A stretch of DNA of 63,990 bases, filler included, from Bdellovibrionota bacterium (GCA_963169515.1; 7 parts of 7 records of this genome joined end to end with filler, not necessarily neighbours in it), one strand, 5' to 3'; positions 9,414-19,631 are shown, counted from the first letter of the whole stretch. Notes: generated from the letters alone by a model not told the origin. Numbers and translations are program-made.

Positions 9414-11126
9414 ATGTTTTCAAGATTCATCAGTACAGTCACGGCAATTGTTATTGGCTGTAATATTGCGTTCGCCGATGAGAATACGCAAGCGATGATT
9501 CTTGAACCAAGCAAAGAAGCAAGTCATCATTACAGCTTTGACGTGGCAGATATGCTAAAGCCGGGAAAGGCTGGGTACTTTGCACTATCGCCAGCCCATA
9601 AAGTGATTGGGCCAGTATATTCTAAAGAAAACGCTTCTGAATATATAAAAGAAATTTTTGGTCTGTTAATTCAAGCGGCCGATTCTATCGCAAGCGAATA
9701 CTATAAGGTTGGCTATGACGATAATGTTACCTATTGGACGTTTTTAGTTACGGCGCTTGCAATTCCCCATCATGAGAGCAAATTGATGCACGCCCGCCTT
9801 GCAGATCGCGACTTAAAAAGGCTGCCAATGTGTTCAAGCGATTATAACGAACTTCGCGCAATTAATTCTTCAAAAGTACTTTCTGTATTGCAAATGATTT
9901 ACAGAGAACCAACAGATCCGATTTTGCCAAACTGCTCTGTGATCAATAAAGAGCCGTCCGTTCAGCAGGTTTTAATTTCTACGGTGAATAAAGAGGACGT
10001 TGGGTTCATGCAACTTAATGGTCGTGCTTTTCGAGAGGCTTTAATGCCTGATGTTTATCTGAACGTGAATAACTCTGCGCGATTCGGCACTTACCATTAT
10101 TATGATAAATTCAGGGAAATTCGGTCCAATTTTGCAAAATACTCTTGTATGAAGGGATTGAATCCGTATTCGGACCATGAGCTTACAAAAGCATCTATGC
10201 AATTCCAGTTGGTTCAGGGCACATGGGGATCCTACAATATTGGCAATACATTGAGCGCATCGGTTTGCCGATTTTCAAACAAGGCTGCGCGAAACAACGA
10301 ATACGATCAAGATTTTAAAAAACATCTCGAAGCTTTGGTTATTTTGAATACAAGTATCTATCATAAATATTTGCCAGAGAACTCCGTAGAACGCAGGGCG
10401 CTTGACGAGATCATTTACAATTTTAGAAGTATTTTTACTAAGGACAGCGAGGTCGAGCGTAATGAAAATGTACAGGCCGTTTTAGAGACGGACTATATTT
10501 CAAAATATTCTGGCGGATCTAGCAAGACTGTTTTCACCCCAAACTATTACATAAACACACCTACACTTATATTGCGGCATGCCCCCAGTTTTGATCCACA
10601 ATGGGCATGTGGAAAAGCACACGTAAGTAGCTTAAAGGTAGCAAAGAAAGCCCCGAACTTACATGTCGAAAAAGTCTGGGATTTTCTGAATCCGACCACA
10701 AAAAAACATGAAAAATGGGCTCAAGTGCGCGTTTCCAAATACGCCGACAATATTGAAATGACCTCAGAAGAAAACTATTGTTACATCTATGGGCGAGATG
10801 CTTTTTTTGTCGATGCGAATTTGATTTCAAAGGTGCAAAACAAAGGGCTAACAAATACCGATCTTGTCGGTACGGTCACACAAAGACCCCGAAATCCAAA
10901 TATTCTTGAGTTTTACTCGTGGGATTCGTCGATTATTGGGCAGGTCAAGCCACTTTCTAAATTAAGTATTGTGGAAATGGCGTTGCAAGAAATTAAGGTT
11001 CGAGATCGGATCTCGGGTGATCTTAAATCGCGAAATATAAAGTGGTATAAGATTTTAATTCCAGACGGCAGTGGGCGATTTGGCTGGGTTTCAGAGCAAA
11101 CATTCGATATTGTGACGGAGAAATAG
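9414..11126 (+). CDS. Exported protein: divergent lysozyme/SLT-like domain plus C-terminal SH3b-like domains
   Basis: Signal peptide (AFA-DE); HHES, DVGFMQLN, NSARFG..Y and WGSYNIG echo the SLT motifs; C-terminal WYKI...GRFGWVS. Confidence 0.6.
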   Translation: MFSRFISTVTAIVIGCNIAFADENTQAMILEPSKEASHHYSFDVADMLKPGKAGYFALSPAHKVIGPVYSKENASEYIKEIFGLLIQAADSIASEYYKVGYDDNVTYWTFLVTALAIPHHESKLMHARLADRDLKRLPMCSSDYNELRAINSSKVLSVLQMIYREPTDPILPNCSVINKEPSVQQVLISTVNKEDVGFMQLNGRAFREALMPDVYLNVNNSARFGTYHYYDKFREIRSNFAKYSCMKGLNPYSDHELTKASMQFQLVQGTWGSYNIGNTLSASVCRFSNKAARNNEYDQDFKKHLEALVILNTSIYHKYLPENSVERRALDEIIYNFRSIFTKDSEVERNENVQAVLETDYISKYSGGSSKTVFTPNYYINTPTLILRHAPSFDPQWACGKAHVSSLKVAKKAPNLHVEKVWDFLNPTTKKHEKWAQVRVSKYADNIEMTSEENYCYIYGRDAFFVDANLISKVQNKGLTNTDLVGTVTQRPRNPNILEFYSWDSSIIGQVKPLSKLSIVEMALQEIKVRDRISGDLKSRNIKWYKILIPDGSGRFGWVSEQTFDIVTEK

Positions 11127-11127
11127 T

Positions 11128-12063
11128 ATGCGCAGTTGGTTTTATATCGCATTTATTGTGGCGGTAATGTGGTTTGCAATATCTCATTTTTCAGATACAA
11201 GCGCTCGAACCAACAGGATCAAAAAACTTTTTAGTTCTAAGAAGACAATGGTTGCCCAAGCGTATGTAGAACAAGAAGTGAAATTATCTGCTCCGGAAAT
11301 TGCAAAACCTAAAAAACAGACAGAAGAAAAAGATGTGCTGTCAGAATTGATTTTATCTCCTGAGCAGCAAGATATTTACACTGTTTTGGACGAAAATAAA
11401 CATTTGTGGGGTGAAATCTTTGATCAATCAAAAGGAGCAGTTTCTAAACTGGGAAAATGTTTGAAAACATTAGACCGATGCGGAGAGCGTCGCGACAATG
11501 GGTATTTTGACCCTAATCGTACCTCAACTCATGCCGATTTGAATCGTGTTTTGATGGCGATGCAGGAAATTGTACGGCAAAGTCCAAGTTTCTATAACGA
11601 TCTTAACCGCAATGAAATTATCGGATTGACTGAAATAAATAACAACAATACCCCGATCTTGGCAGCCCAGCTTTTGCTTACTGGAGATGTTAGTGATGGT
11701 GAATTTTCGCAAATGCTTAGCAACGCAAAAAGTTTAACAGGTCCAGTGCGAGCAATGTACTTGAGTGTTTTGGCAAACCCTCCGGCCCCTTTGAAACAAG
11801 CCCATGTAAGCGCCGTCTTTGCAGCCCTGGCCAACCGTAACGACAGATATACAGCGATGGAAGTACAAAAAAAACTTGCACAATACAATTTAACACAAAG
11901 CCAATTTGTAGCTGCAATCAAAAAATCCTGTTACCTAAGTAACGATGGTTCCGGTGAAAATCTGTGGCCAATCGTTCGCCGCAATATTGCCGTTCAAAGC
12001 CAGGCCATGGGCTACATCCTCAACCCCGATAAATTAGGGTGCCAGGCACCCATTGTCCGCTAG
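11128..12063 (+). CDS. Membrane-anchored/exported hypothetical protein
   Basis: 311-aa ORF starting 1 nt after the upstream stop; N-terminal hydrophobic helix. Confidence 0.75.
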   Translation: MRSWFYIAFIVAVMWFAISHFSDTSARTNRIKKLFSSKKTMVAQAYVEQEVKLSAPEIAKPKKQTEEKDVLSELILSPEQQDIYTVLDENKHLWGEIFDQSKGAVSKLGKCLKTLDRCGERRDNGYFDPNRTSTHADLNRVLMAMQEIVRQSPSFYNDLNRNEIIGLTEINNNNTPILAAQLLLTGDVSDGEFSQMLSNAKSLTGPVRAMYLSVLANPPAPLKQAHVSAVFAALANRNDRYTAMEVQKKLAQYNLTQSQFVAAIKKSCYLSNDGSGENLWPIVRRNIAVQSQAMGYILNPDKLGCQAPIVR

Positions 12064-12091
12064 GCGGACGCGGACTGGTATCAGATGCCGT

Positions 12092-13327
12092 TTAAAGGTC
12101 TTTGGAGGTTTTCAAGTTTTCTGGAAGTTGAGAGAAGGGTAGGATTTCTTTGGGTATGTGTAGGCCTGAAAGGCGTTCTTTCAAATAATCCTGTAGATGA
12201 TTCGAATTGAATTTTTCAGCCTCAACGTAGGCCAGTGGGACATAGCCGTATTCAGGATCAGGGATTGAAATAACTCGCGTTTGAAACACGCCAGGATAAT
12301 TTAGCAAGATTTTCTCAATCGTTTCGGGTTGGATATTTTCACCGCCGCAGACAAACATACGGTCTTTACGTCCAGTAACGATCAAATTTTCCCGTTGGAA
12401 ATGTCCAAGATCATGAGTGTGGTACCAACCGTCGGCGTCAAAGGGCGAGGTGGCTTGATCAAGAAAGCCTTTAAACAGAGTTTTGCCACGAACCAATATT
12501 TCACCGTTTACAATCTTGAGCTCGCGACTTGCAAGCAGGCGTCCAGAAGTGTCCAGATCAAGCCCCATTTGGGTGGTTGTGATCTGTGAGGCCATTTCTG
12601 TCATCCCATAAGATCGGTATATAGGAAGCCCGGCTTGAGCTGCTGAATCAACCAAGGCATTGGGGAACGAGCTTCCCCCAAGTAATACGGCTTTAAAATA
12701 AGTTTGGAATGGATTTTGAATATAGCGAAACAATTGCGTGTGCACCATAGAAATATGTGAAATGGCAGGATCATTTATGGATGAAAAATACGCACATCCA
12801 CCTCCGACAAGTGCTCTGAAGAAAACCGAAATGCCTCCGACATGGTATAGAGGTAAGTTTACAAGCCAATGATCGCCGGGACCAAACGGGATATTTTTAT
12901 TTGAGCCCAACGCATTTTCGATAAAATTTTGAAAAGTCAAAACCACGGCTTTGGGAACAGTATTTGTGCCAGAGGTGAACAGTACTATTTCGCTTTCATG
13001 TAAATCATGTCTAAGGGATTTCTTGCCCTCTGTATATGGGGGGAGTGCTTTCAAAACAACTGGAATGTTGTACTGATCTAAAATGTTTTGGATCTGTTCG
13101 CTTCGAAGACGGGTTGGGATGAGTACAGGAATCGCCCCCACATTTGCAAGCGCGAAAACTGCGACAAAGTATTCGATTCCTGACTGCATTTGAACGGCAA
13201 CATATTCACCATCAGTGATTCCATATCTCCGGATACTGTCTGAAACGCCTGAAACTGTATTTTGAAAATCAATTCCGGTTAATTTGCATTTTTGATTTTG
13301 TACTAAAGTTTGATTTTGAAAATCCAA
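12092..13327 (-). CDS. menE: o-succinylbenzoate-CoA ligase
   Basis: FTSGTN..PKAV, LPLYHVGG, SYGMTEMASQ and GRKD..F.CGGENIQPE.IE motifs; men operon. Confidence 0.9.
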   Translation of the reverse strand: MDFQNQTLVQNQKCKLTGIDFQNTVSGVSDSIRRYGITDGEYVAVQMQSGIEYFVAVFALANVGAIPVLIPTRLRSEQIQNILDQYNIPVVLKALPPYTEGKKSLRHDLHESEIVLFTSGTNTVPKAVVLTFQNFIENALGSNKNIPFGPGDHWLVNLPLYHVGGISVFFRALVGGGCAYFSSINDPAISHISMVHTQLFRYIQNPFQTYFKAVLLGGSSFPNALVDSAAQAGLPIYRSYGMTEMASQITTTQMGLDLDTSGRLLASRELKIVNGEILVRGKTLFKGFLDQATSPFDADGWYHTHDLGHFQRENLIVTGRKDRMFVCGGENIQPETIEKILLNYPGVFQTRVISIPDPEYGYVPLAYVEAEKFNSNHLQDYLKERLSGLHIPKEILPFSQLPENLKTSKDL

Positions 13328-14155
13328 TTAAAACTCCAGCGCAGGTGATAGTGAATTTGTGAGGCGATCAAGGTGTTGTTTGATCTCCTCCATTGATGGA
13401 ATTAACAGTGTTCCATTTTTTTTTGTGATTGCGAATAGCGGCTCTGCAAATATGTCTAAAGTATCAAGTCCGTGTACTTTGTTTAGATTTGCGGCATGCG
13501 CAATATGTGCAATCCCCAAAGCCGACTCATAGGCTGAGCTGAGTATCGCATTTTCAGGCGCATGACCTACTAAAGTAGGTTTTATAATATGAGATTTAGA
13601 CATCGGAATATCTTCCACGCTATCAACGGCAAATGGAATTTGTAATTGACAGAGGCGTCGATAGTTCTCTTGGTTGTGAATAAAAGGGTCTTCAAAATAA
13701 TCAAAGCGGTCAGAGGGAATTGCTTGGGCGAGATCGACAGCTTCATTAAATGTCAGTTTCTGGTTGCCATCTAGCCGAAGCATAAGATGTGTCTGTGAAA
13801 CAATTTGCTTTAATATATGGGGTGTGATCCCGTGATTTGTTTTAATTTTTATATGTGTGTATCCTTGAGCATCGAAGGTTTTTGCTTCTTCCAAAGCGTT
13901 GGCATTTTCTGTAATCAAGCCATTAATTCTAACGATTCGAGCGGGTGCCTGTGAAATCATTTTGATCGCACAAGCCATTCCCCATTTCAATGATGGAATA
14001 AAATTTTTTGAAAAGCCAGGAAGAGGGCTCACTTCACCATAGCCAACGCGGCTCCGGTCATCGGTGAGTTTTAAAATTCCAATGGAACGTGTTTTTAGGC
14101 CGAGCACCAAGCGCTTTAGCGGAAGATCAATGTGATATATTGCTACTTTAGCCAT
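13328..14155 (-). CDS. menC: o-succinylbenzoate synthase
   Basis: GYGEVSPLPGFS, KIK, LRLDGN, YFEDP, IIKPT, SSAYES and GLDT motifs. Confidence 0.85.
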   Translation of the reverse strand: MAKVAIYHIDLPLKRLVLGLKTRSIGILKLTDDRSRVGYGEVSPLPGFSKNFIPSLKWGMACAIKMISQAPARIVRINGLITENANALEEAKTFDAQGYTHIKIKTNHGITPHILKQIVSQTHLMLRLDGNQKLTFNEAVDLAQAIPSDRFDYFEDPFIHNQENYRRLCQLQIPFAVDSVEDIPMSKSHIIKPTLVGHAPENAILSSAYESALGIAHIAHAANLNKVHGLDTLDIFAEPLFAITKKNGTLLIPSMEEIKQHLDRLTNSLSPALEF

Positions 14156-15026
14156 TATAAAACCATGCTATTGAATTTACGATAGAGAATAGAATTAAAA
14201 ACTGTGCTGTATGCGAAAGAAGAGAATTTAATTGAGCTCGGTCATTAAAGGTCCAAATAACTTTAAGCATGGGGATGGCGAAAACAAAAAGGCCTAATGC
14301 TAAGAGAGTGCTCCGTGGCGAAAGGCCAGAGTAAAAATACACGATAGATAAAACAAACGGAATCAGAATACATACGGTGTATTGGGCTTTACCAAAAACT
14401 TCTCCAAAGCGGACAACAACTGTTTTTTTGTCTGACTTTTTATCTTCATGGACATCGCGCACATTATTCACAGTTAAAATAGCAACTGTAAGAAACCCTA
14501 ACGGGATGCTTAGCAGAAACGGAAGGGTCCCCCACGTTTTGGTTTGCAAATAAAAGGTCCCCATAACCGCTACAGGGCCAAAAAATATAAATACAAATAA
14601 ATCACCTAGACCGAGATAAGCGAGTGGATAAGGTCCCGCTGTATACGATATTGCACAAAGAATGGATGCAATCCCAATGGTAATGATTGGAAGGCCGCCG
14701 ACCCAAGCCAGAACGCCTCCACCAAGCAGTGCCAATCCAAATACAATTTGGATTGCAGTTTTCATTTGAGGAACTGTTACAAGGTTTGCCGACATCACAC
14801 GGGTGGGGCCTTTTCTATCTTTTGTGTCGGCGCCATGCTTGTGGTCATAGTAGTCATTCACAAGGTTAGATCCGATTTGTAAAAGTGTGGCCGTTACAAG
14901 AATAAGAATAAAGAGTGGGTAGCTGATTTGTACATAAGGGTTGGCCATGGCAGTTCCAAGTAAAACTGGAGCCAATGCCGCGCCAAGAGTTTTTGGTCGA
15001 ACTGCCATGAGCCAAACTTTAACCAT
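14148..15026 (-). CDS. menA: 1,4-dihydroxy-2-naphthoate prenyltransferase
   Basis: RPKTL, NLVNDYYD...G.D, YTAGP.PLAY.GLGD and NNVRD..ED motifs. Confidence 0.95.
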   Translation of the reverse strand: MVKVWLMAVRPKTLGAALAPVLLGTAMANPYVQISYPLFILILVTATLLQIGSNLVNDYYDHKHGADTKDRKGPTRVMSANLVTVPQMKTAIQIVFGLALLGGGVLAWVGGLPIITIGIASILCAISYTAGPYPLAYLGLGDLFVFIFFGPVAVMGTFYLQTKTWGTLPFLLSIPLGFLTVAILTVNNVRDVHEDKKSDKKTVVVRFGEVFGKAQYTVCILIPFVLSIVYFYSGLSPRSTLLALGLFVFAIPMLKVIWTFNDRAQLNSLLSHTAQFLILFSIVNSIAWFYNG

Positions 15027-15028
15027 AC

Positions 15029-15850
15029 TTATGGACGCTTTGGAAATTGGTCAAAATTTGGTTTACGCTTTTCAATATAGGCATTTTTACCTTCTTGGGC
15101 TTCTTCAGACATATAAAATAATAACGTGGCGTTGCCCGCAAGTTCTTGTAATCCAGATTGCCCGTCACAGTCTGCATTGAGCGCGGCTTTCAAACAGCGA
15201 ATTGCAAGAGGGGATTTTTCCAAAATTTCTCGGCACCATTGAACCGTTGTTTCCTCCAATTGTGCGTAGGGGACAACTGTATTTATCAGTCCCATATCTA
15301 AGGCCTCCTGAGCGCTGTACTGACGACATAGGAACCAAATTTCGCGCGCTTTTTTTTGCCCCACAAGGCGAGCCATGTAGCTTGCCCCCCAGCCACCATC
15401 GAAAGATCCCACTTTTGGACCTGTTTGGCCGAATATGGCGTTGTCCGCAGCAATCGTGAGATCACACATCATATGTAAAACGTGCCCCCCACCGACAGCA
15501 TATCCTGCCACCATTGCTATGACAGGTTTGGGACAAGTTCGAATTTGGCGTTGGAAATCAAGAACATTAAGTCGGAATTGACCAGATTCATTATCTTTGT
15601 AACCCGCTTCTCCGCGGATGCGCTGGTCGCCCCCAGAACAAAAGGCCTTTTCACCTTCGCCGGTGAGAATAATTACGCCAACACTTGCATCAAAACGTGC
15701 ATCATCGAGCGCATTCATCATTTGATCCACGGTCTCAGGACGGAATGCATTTCGAACTTCAGGACGATTGATGGTGATTTTGGCAATGCCGTTGTATTTG
15801 TGGTACTTGATATCTGAATATTTTTTTGCTTCTGTCCAATCGAATTTCAT
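15029..15850 (-). CDS. menB: 1,4-dihydroxy-2-naphthoyl-CoA synthase
   Basis: [40 protein letters not shown] and KKAREIW motifs; ATG 15850 with GGAG SD. Confidence 0.97.
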   Translation of the reverse strand: MKFDWTEAKKYSDIKYHKYNGIAKITINRPEVRNAFRPETVDQMMNALDDARFDASVGVIILTGEGEKAFCSGGDQRIRGEAGYKDNESGQFRLNVLDFQRQIRTCPKPVIAMVAGYAVGGGHVLHMMCDLTIAADNAIFGQTGPKVGSFDGGWGASYMARLVGQKKAREIWFLCRQYSAQEALDMGLINTVVPYAQLEETTVQWCREILEKSPLAIRCLKAALNADCDGQSGLQELAGNATLLFYMSEEAQEGKNAYIEKRKPNFDQFPKRP

Positions 15851-15864
15851 ATGATCTCCCAAAT

Positions 15865-16587
15865 CTAGTTCAACGAATTAATAAATCCCTTCAAAAGCTG
15901 AGCATAATTCTGCGGCTTTTCAAAGTGTCCATTGTGGCCGGCGGAATCCATAATCTTTATCGCAATTTTAGGGTTCTGAGCACCTATGCGCTCTGCAATA
16001 TCCCTGTATTTCTGATCGCGCTCCCCAGCTAAAAACAAAGTTGGTATGCCAATTTCACCAATGATTTGCCAATGGTTAGGGTTGGTTGCGGGACTTGAGT
16101 CAACCAATAACTTGGGATAGATCGGCAGATGATGTTTGATTCTTTCTTGGACCATGGCGCGATAAGCGACCCGATGGTCCTTATCAAATCCAAATATAGG
16201 TTGTTGGTACCATTCGATATAAAAGCGATCGGGGTTTTCATGCAACAGCATGGCCCATTTTAAGTCTGAATCCAGCCGAGATTTCCGTTCTTCGTTTGTC
16301 TTAATGCCGGGATTCACGGATTCTAGGGTCAGGGATGAAAAAAATTCTGGTCGTTTACTATAAAGCTCGAGAAGAATGCGCCCTCCGAGAGAATACCCAA
16401 TAAAATGGCTCTTCCCAAGCGACCGAGTGTATTCGTAAATCGAGTCCGCCAGGGATTGAACATCATATCGATGCAATTTGGGGAATGAAATGGGAACGCA
16501 GTTAAATTCATCCAGATAGTTAATGACAGGAAGCCATTCCATGGGGGAGCCCAGAAATCCATGAACAAAAACGAGGTTAGGCTTCAC
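15865..16587 (-). CDS. menH: SHCHC synthase (alpha/beta hydrolase)
   Basis: [26 protein letters not shown] and AGHNGH motifs; GTG start at 16587 inferred. Confidence 0.9.
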   Translation of the reverse strand: MKPNLVFVHGFLGSPMEWLPVINYLDEFNCVPISFPKLHRYDVQSLADSIYEYTRSLGKSHFIGYSLGGRILLELYSKRPEFFSSLTLESVNPGIKTNEERKSRLDSDLKWAMLLHENPDRFYIEWYQQPIFGFDKDHRVAYRAMVQERIKHHLPIYPKLLVDSSPATNPNHWQIIGEIGIPTLFLAGERDQKYRDIAERIGAQNPKIAIKIMDSAGHNGHFEKPQNYAQLLKGFINSLN

Positions 16588-18277
16588 TTTTTTGAAAGTC
16601 CTGCAAAAGTTTTTTATGAAACGTGTAGTTTTCAGCACGATTTGTTTCGATTTCGATTATTGAACAAAGCGGTGAGTGCTCAGCCATTTCCAGGGCGTCA
16701 AAAAATTGTTTCGGAGAATGTGCCTTAAAAAAATTGGTGTCAAAGCCCGATAGCAATTTTTCAAAATTCTGGTTATGTGGCATGCCAAAATACTTTTCGA
16801 AAGCCTCTTGTTCTTGTGCTACTGGAAGAAAAGAAAAAATTCCGCCGCCGTTATTGTTAATAAGGACGATTGTAATTGGACTCTCAGTCTTTTCGAGCAA
16901 GGCAAGGGAATTGAGATCATGAAGTGCTGCTAAATCCCCAATCAGCGCGTAGGTACGTCTGTTCGAGGCCAGTGCCGTCCCCGCCAGTGTCGCCAAGTTT
17001 CCATCGATACCACTAGTGCCGCGGTGTGAAAACGTATGAATTTTTGTTTCGGTACAGCTTCCATAGCGATCCATGTCCCGCACGGGCCGCGACGAAGACA
17101 AATAGAGATTACATTCGGCCTGCGAAATGAACTTTGACAGTGCAAAGGCCACGTAAGGTTCGGTCAGATTTTCCGGCGATTCAAAATAGGAGTTCAAAAA
17201 TTTTTCAGTCTTATTTTCTAGTGTCTTCCATACGAATAAATCTTTAGCGGATTGCACATTTTTAATATGTGCATTCAGTTTGGCGACAGTAGCATGAAGT
17301 ACCGTTTTCGGCAGATGCAGCGGGTCCATACGTTCGGTGGATGATGTTACCTGTACTATTTGTGCGGACGTATTTTTTAGGAACTGAGTTAAATTTTTAG
17401 AAGTCGGTGCTCCACCGATTTGCAAAATGACATCCGGAGAAAGGTCTTTTTTAATCTCAAGAATCAAATCACAGTGAGATATAATATTGGATGAAAATCG
17501 GAAACCCGATTGAATGTCTGGTAGAACGGGCCACTGTAATAGATCAATTAATTCCTTGACTGCGGCAAATTCAGAAATCTGTGATCCAAGAACCACCAAT
17601 CCATTCTGTGCGGTTGAAATCAGATCGGTATTTATTTCTGCTGAAATTGTATTTCTTGAGTATTGTGTGTAGGGAGCAGATGAATTTAGCCAGTCTTGAA
17701 ATTTTTTAGAAGGAGCGAAGTGGAACTCCGAAACTTTTGGCGGAACAAGTGGCTCCTGAAACATCCAATTAAGATGAACGGGACCCGGCTGCAATTGGCT
17801 TGATTTATAAAAGCTTGTGTCCATTGTCGTGAGAAGGCTTTCTATGGGGGTAGTTGCATTTGGGGATGGAATATCTGAAAAGAAGCGAACATATTTCCCA
17901 AATATTTGATTTTGGTCGATAGCCTGATTTGCCCCACTGTCGCGCAATTCGAAGGGGCGGTCAGCACTGCAAATGATCAACGGAATGTGACTATAAAAGG
18001 CTTCGATCACAGCGGGGTAAAGATTTGCAACCGCAGTCCCAGATGTTGTAATTACCATTACAGGCTTTTGTGTAAATCGTGCGCATCCAAGAGCATAAAA
18101 GCCTAAGCCGCGCTCATCGAAGTGAACATGCTTCTTTAATTTTTTGTTTTTATGAGCGGCGAGGACCAGAGGGGTGGATCGCGATCCTGGTGCAATAAAC
18201 ACGTGCTCGCCACCGAGACGTTGAAACTCCTCTAAGGCCACATAGGAAAAAAAATCATTGAAAGAATTAAAGTTCAT
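16577..18277 (-). CDS. menD: SEPHCHC synthase
   Basis: PGSRSTPL, DERGLGF, TTSGTAVANL, ADRP, RGTSGIDG, GDLAALHDLN and NNNGGGIF motifs. Confidence 0.97.
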   Translation of the reverse strand: MNFNSFNDFFSYVALEEFQRLGGEHVFIAPGSRSTPLVLAAHKNKKLKKHVHFDERGLGFYALGCARFTQKPVMVITTSGTAVANLYPAVIEAFYSHIPLIICSADRPFELRDSGANQAIDQNQIFGKYVRFFSDIPSPNATTPIESLLTTMDTSFYKSSQLQPGPVHLNWMFQEPLVPPKVSEFHFAPSKKFQDWLNSSAPYTQYSRNTISAEINTDLISTAQNGLVVLGSQISEFAAVKELIDLLQWPVLPDIQSGFRFSSNIISHCDLILEIKKDLSPDVILQIGGAPTSKNLTQFLKNTSAQIVQVTSSTERMDPLHLPKTVLHATVAKLNAHIKNVQSAKDLFVWKTLENKTEKFLNSYFESPENLTEPYVAFALSKFISQAECNLYLSSSRPVRDMDRYGSCTETKIHTFSHRGTSGIDGNLATLAGTALASNRRTYALIGDLAALHDLNSLALLEKTESPITIVLINNNGGGIFSFLPVAQEQEAFEKYFGMPHNQNFEKLLSGFDTNFFKAHSPKQFFDALEMAEHSPLCSIIEIETNRAENYTFHKKLLQDFQKSEA

Positions 18278-19485
18278 TTTAATAGCTCCATGTATTGGGC
18301 TGTTTTTGCATCCAATTCATCCCACTCTTTTTTAGGGTCAGACTCATCCACAATGCCACAACCTGAAAAAAGGCGAATATGATTATCATTGGTTTGTGCC
18401 GACCGAATATTCACAAAAAATTCTGAAAAATGCTTCGTCACAACTCCAAATGGGCCACCATAGTATTCACGCTGTATAGGTTCGTGTTTTTGTAAAAAAC
18501 AGAGTGCACTATCCGTGGGGGTGCCACCGAGTGCTGCCGTGGGGTGAAGGTTACGTATCAAATCAGAAAAACCAGTATCGTATAATTCGGCGTCAACTTG
18601 AGTGACCAAGTGTTGCACTTTTGAAAGTTTTCGGATGCTTGTTTTAGTGAAATTGGGGTTTAAAGAAAGTCGGCGAAGCTTTTCAGCAATATCTTTAACG
18701 ACAAGATCGTGTTCAAAACCTTCTTTTTTTGATCCTAAAAGCTCTTTTTCCAAAAGAAGGTCTTCCTCATGATTTTTACCCCGTGGGCGGGTTCCGGCCA
18801 AGGCCTCTGTATAGAGCGCGCCGCCTTCGATGCGAAAAAGGCGTTCGGGGCTTGCCGAGATCCACTGGGTTTCATTGTCCCATTGGAATAGAGATTTATA
18901 GGTGTCCACATTCAATTTTTTAAGCAGATAATAAGGTAGTTGTTTAGTTTCTGAAATTTCGATATCGGTCACTCGTGCGAGAACTACTTTTTTAAGTAAG
19001 GCATCGGATTGGGCTAGTCGGACTATCTTGGCCCAGGTTTCAAACTTCGGGTGTTGTTCGGTTCTGATAATTGAAATGTCTTTTTTTTTAACTTCTGAAA
19101 TTTGCAAATTTATTTGTCCCTTGAAATCGTCAGGGGATTCGGTTTTCCAGCGCCGCGCAGTCAGGGTATAGTCAGCCCCATCTTGTACGAACTCAAAACG
19201 AGGAATTTGAAACTTTATACTCTCGTTGCGGAGGAAATAGGGCGCCCCAACAAAAAGTTTCAAGTCCTGATCCTCTTCGGAGTTAAAGAAATCTTCATAA
19301 TCTTCCAGTGTCCAAGACTCAAATGGAAGGGGCGATTTTGGGGACTCAAGCAGGTTTCCAAATCCAGCAACAGACCAGCCATGATCACGCAGTTTCAGAT
19401 AAACTTTACTGTCAGCATTCTGTGCGGAAAGCCAGCTCAACAAATCAGTTCCAGGAACTTTTGATGAGACGCTTATTAATTCCAT
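18274..19485 (-). CDS. menF: Isochorismate synthase
   Basis: KKVVLAR, ASPERL, TEALAGT..RG, EH..V, LHPTAALGG.P, IRSA and GCGIV motifs. Confidence 0.9.
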   Translation of the reverse strand: MELISVSSKVPGTDLLSWLSAQNADSKVYLKLRDHGWSVAGFGNLLESPKSPLPFESWTLEDYEDFFNSEEDQDLKLFVGAPYFLRNESIKFQIPRFEFVQDGADYTLTARRWKTESPDDFKGQINLQISEVKKKDISIIRTEQHPKFETWAKIVRLAQSDALLKKVVLARVTDIEISETKQLPYYLLKKLNVDTYKSLFQWDNETQWISASPERLFRIEGGALYTEALAGTRPRGKNHEEDLLLEKELLGSKKEGFEHDLVVKDIAEKLRRLSLNPNFTKTSIRKLSKVQHLVTQVDAELYDTGFSDLIRNLHPTAALGGTPTDSALCFLQKHEPIQREYYGGPFGVVTKHFSEFFVNIRSAQTNDNHIRLFSGCGIVDESDPKKEWDELDAKTAQYMELLK

Positions 19486-19531
19486 GCTTTTTCAGTTGGC
19501 TCCATGGGTTTGACACCAATGTATATTGAAG
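19476..19531 (-). CDS. menG: Extreme C-terminus of a probable UbiE/MenG methyltransferase (cut by contig end)
   Basis: Reads (A)SIYIGVKPMEPTEKAWN*, resembling the UbiE/MenG end 'GIASIYxGxK'; stop overlaps the menF start. Confidence 0.5.
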
Positions 19532-19631
19532 NNNNNNNNNNNNNNNNNNNNNNNNNNNNNNNNNNNNNNNNNNNNTTAATTAATTAANNNNNNNNNNNNN
19601 NNNNNNNNNNNNNNNNNNNNNNNNNNNNNNN
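19532..19631. other. Artificial contig linker
   Basis: N44-TTAATTAATTAA-N44. Confidence 0.99.
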
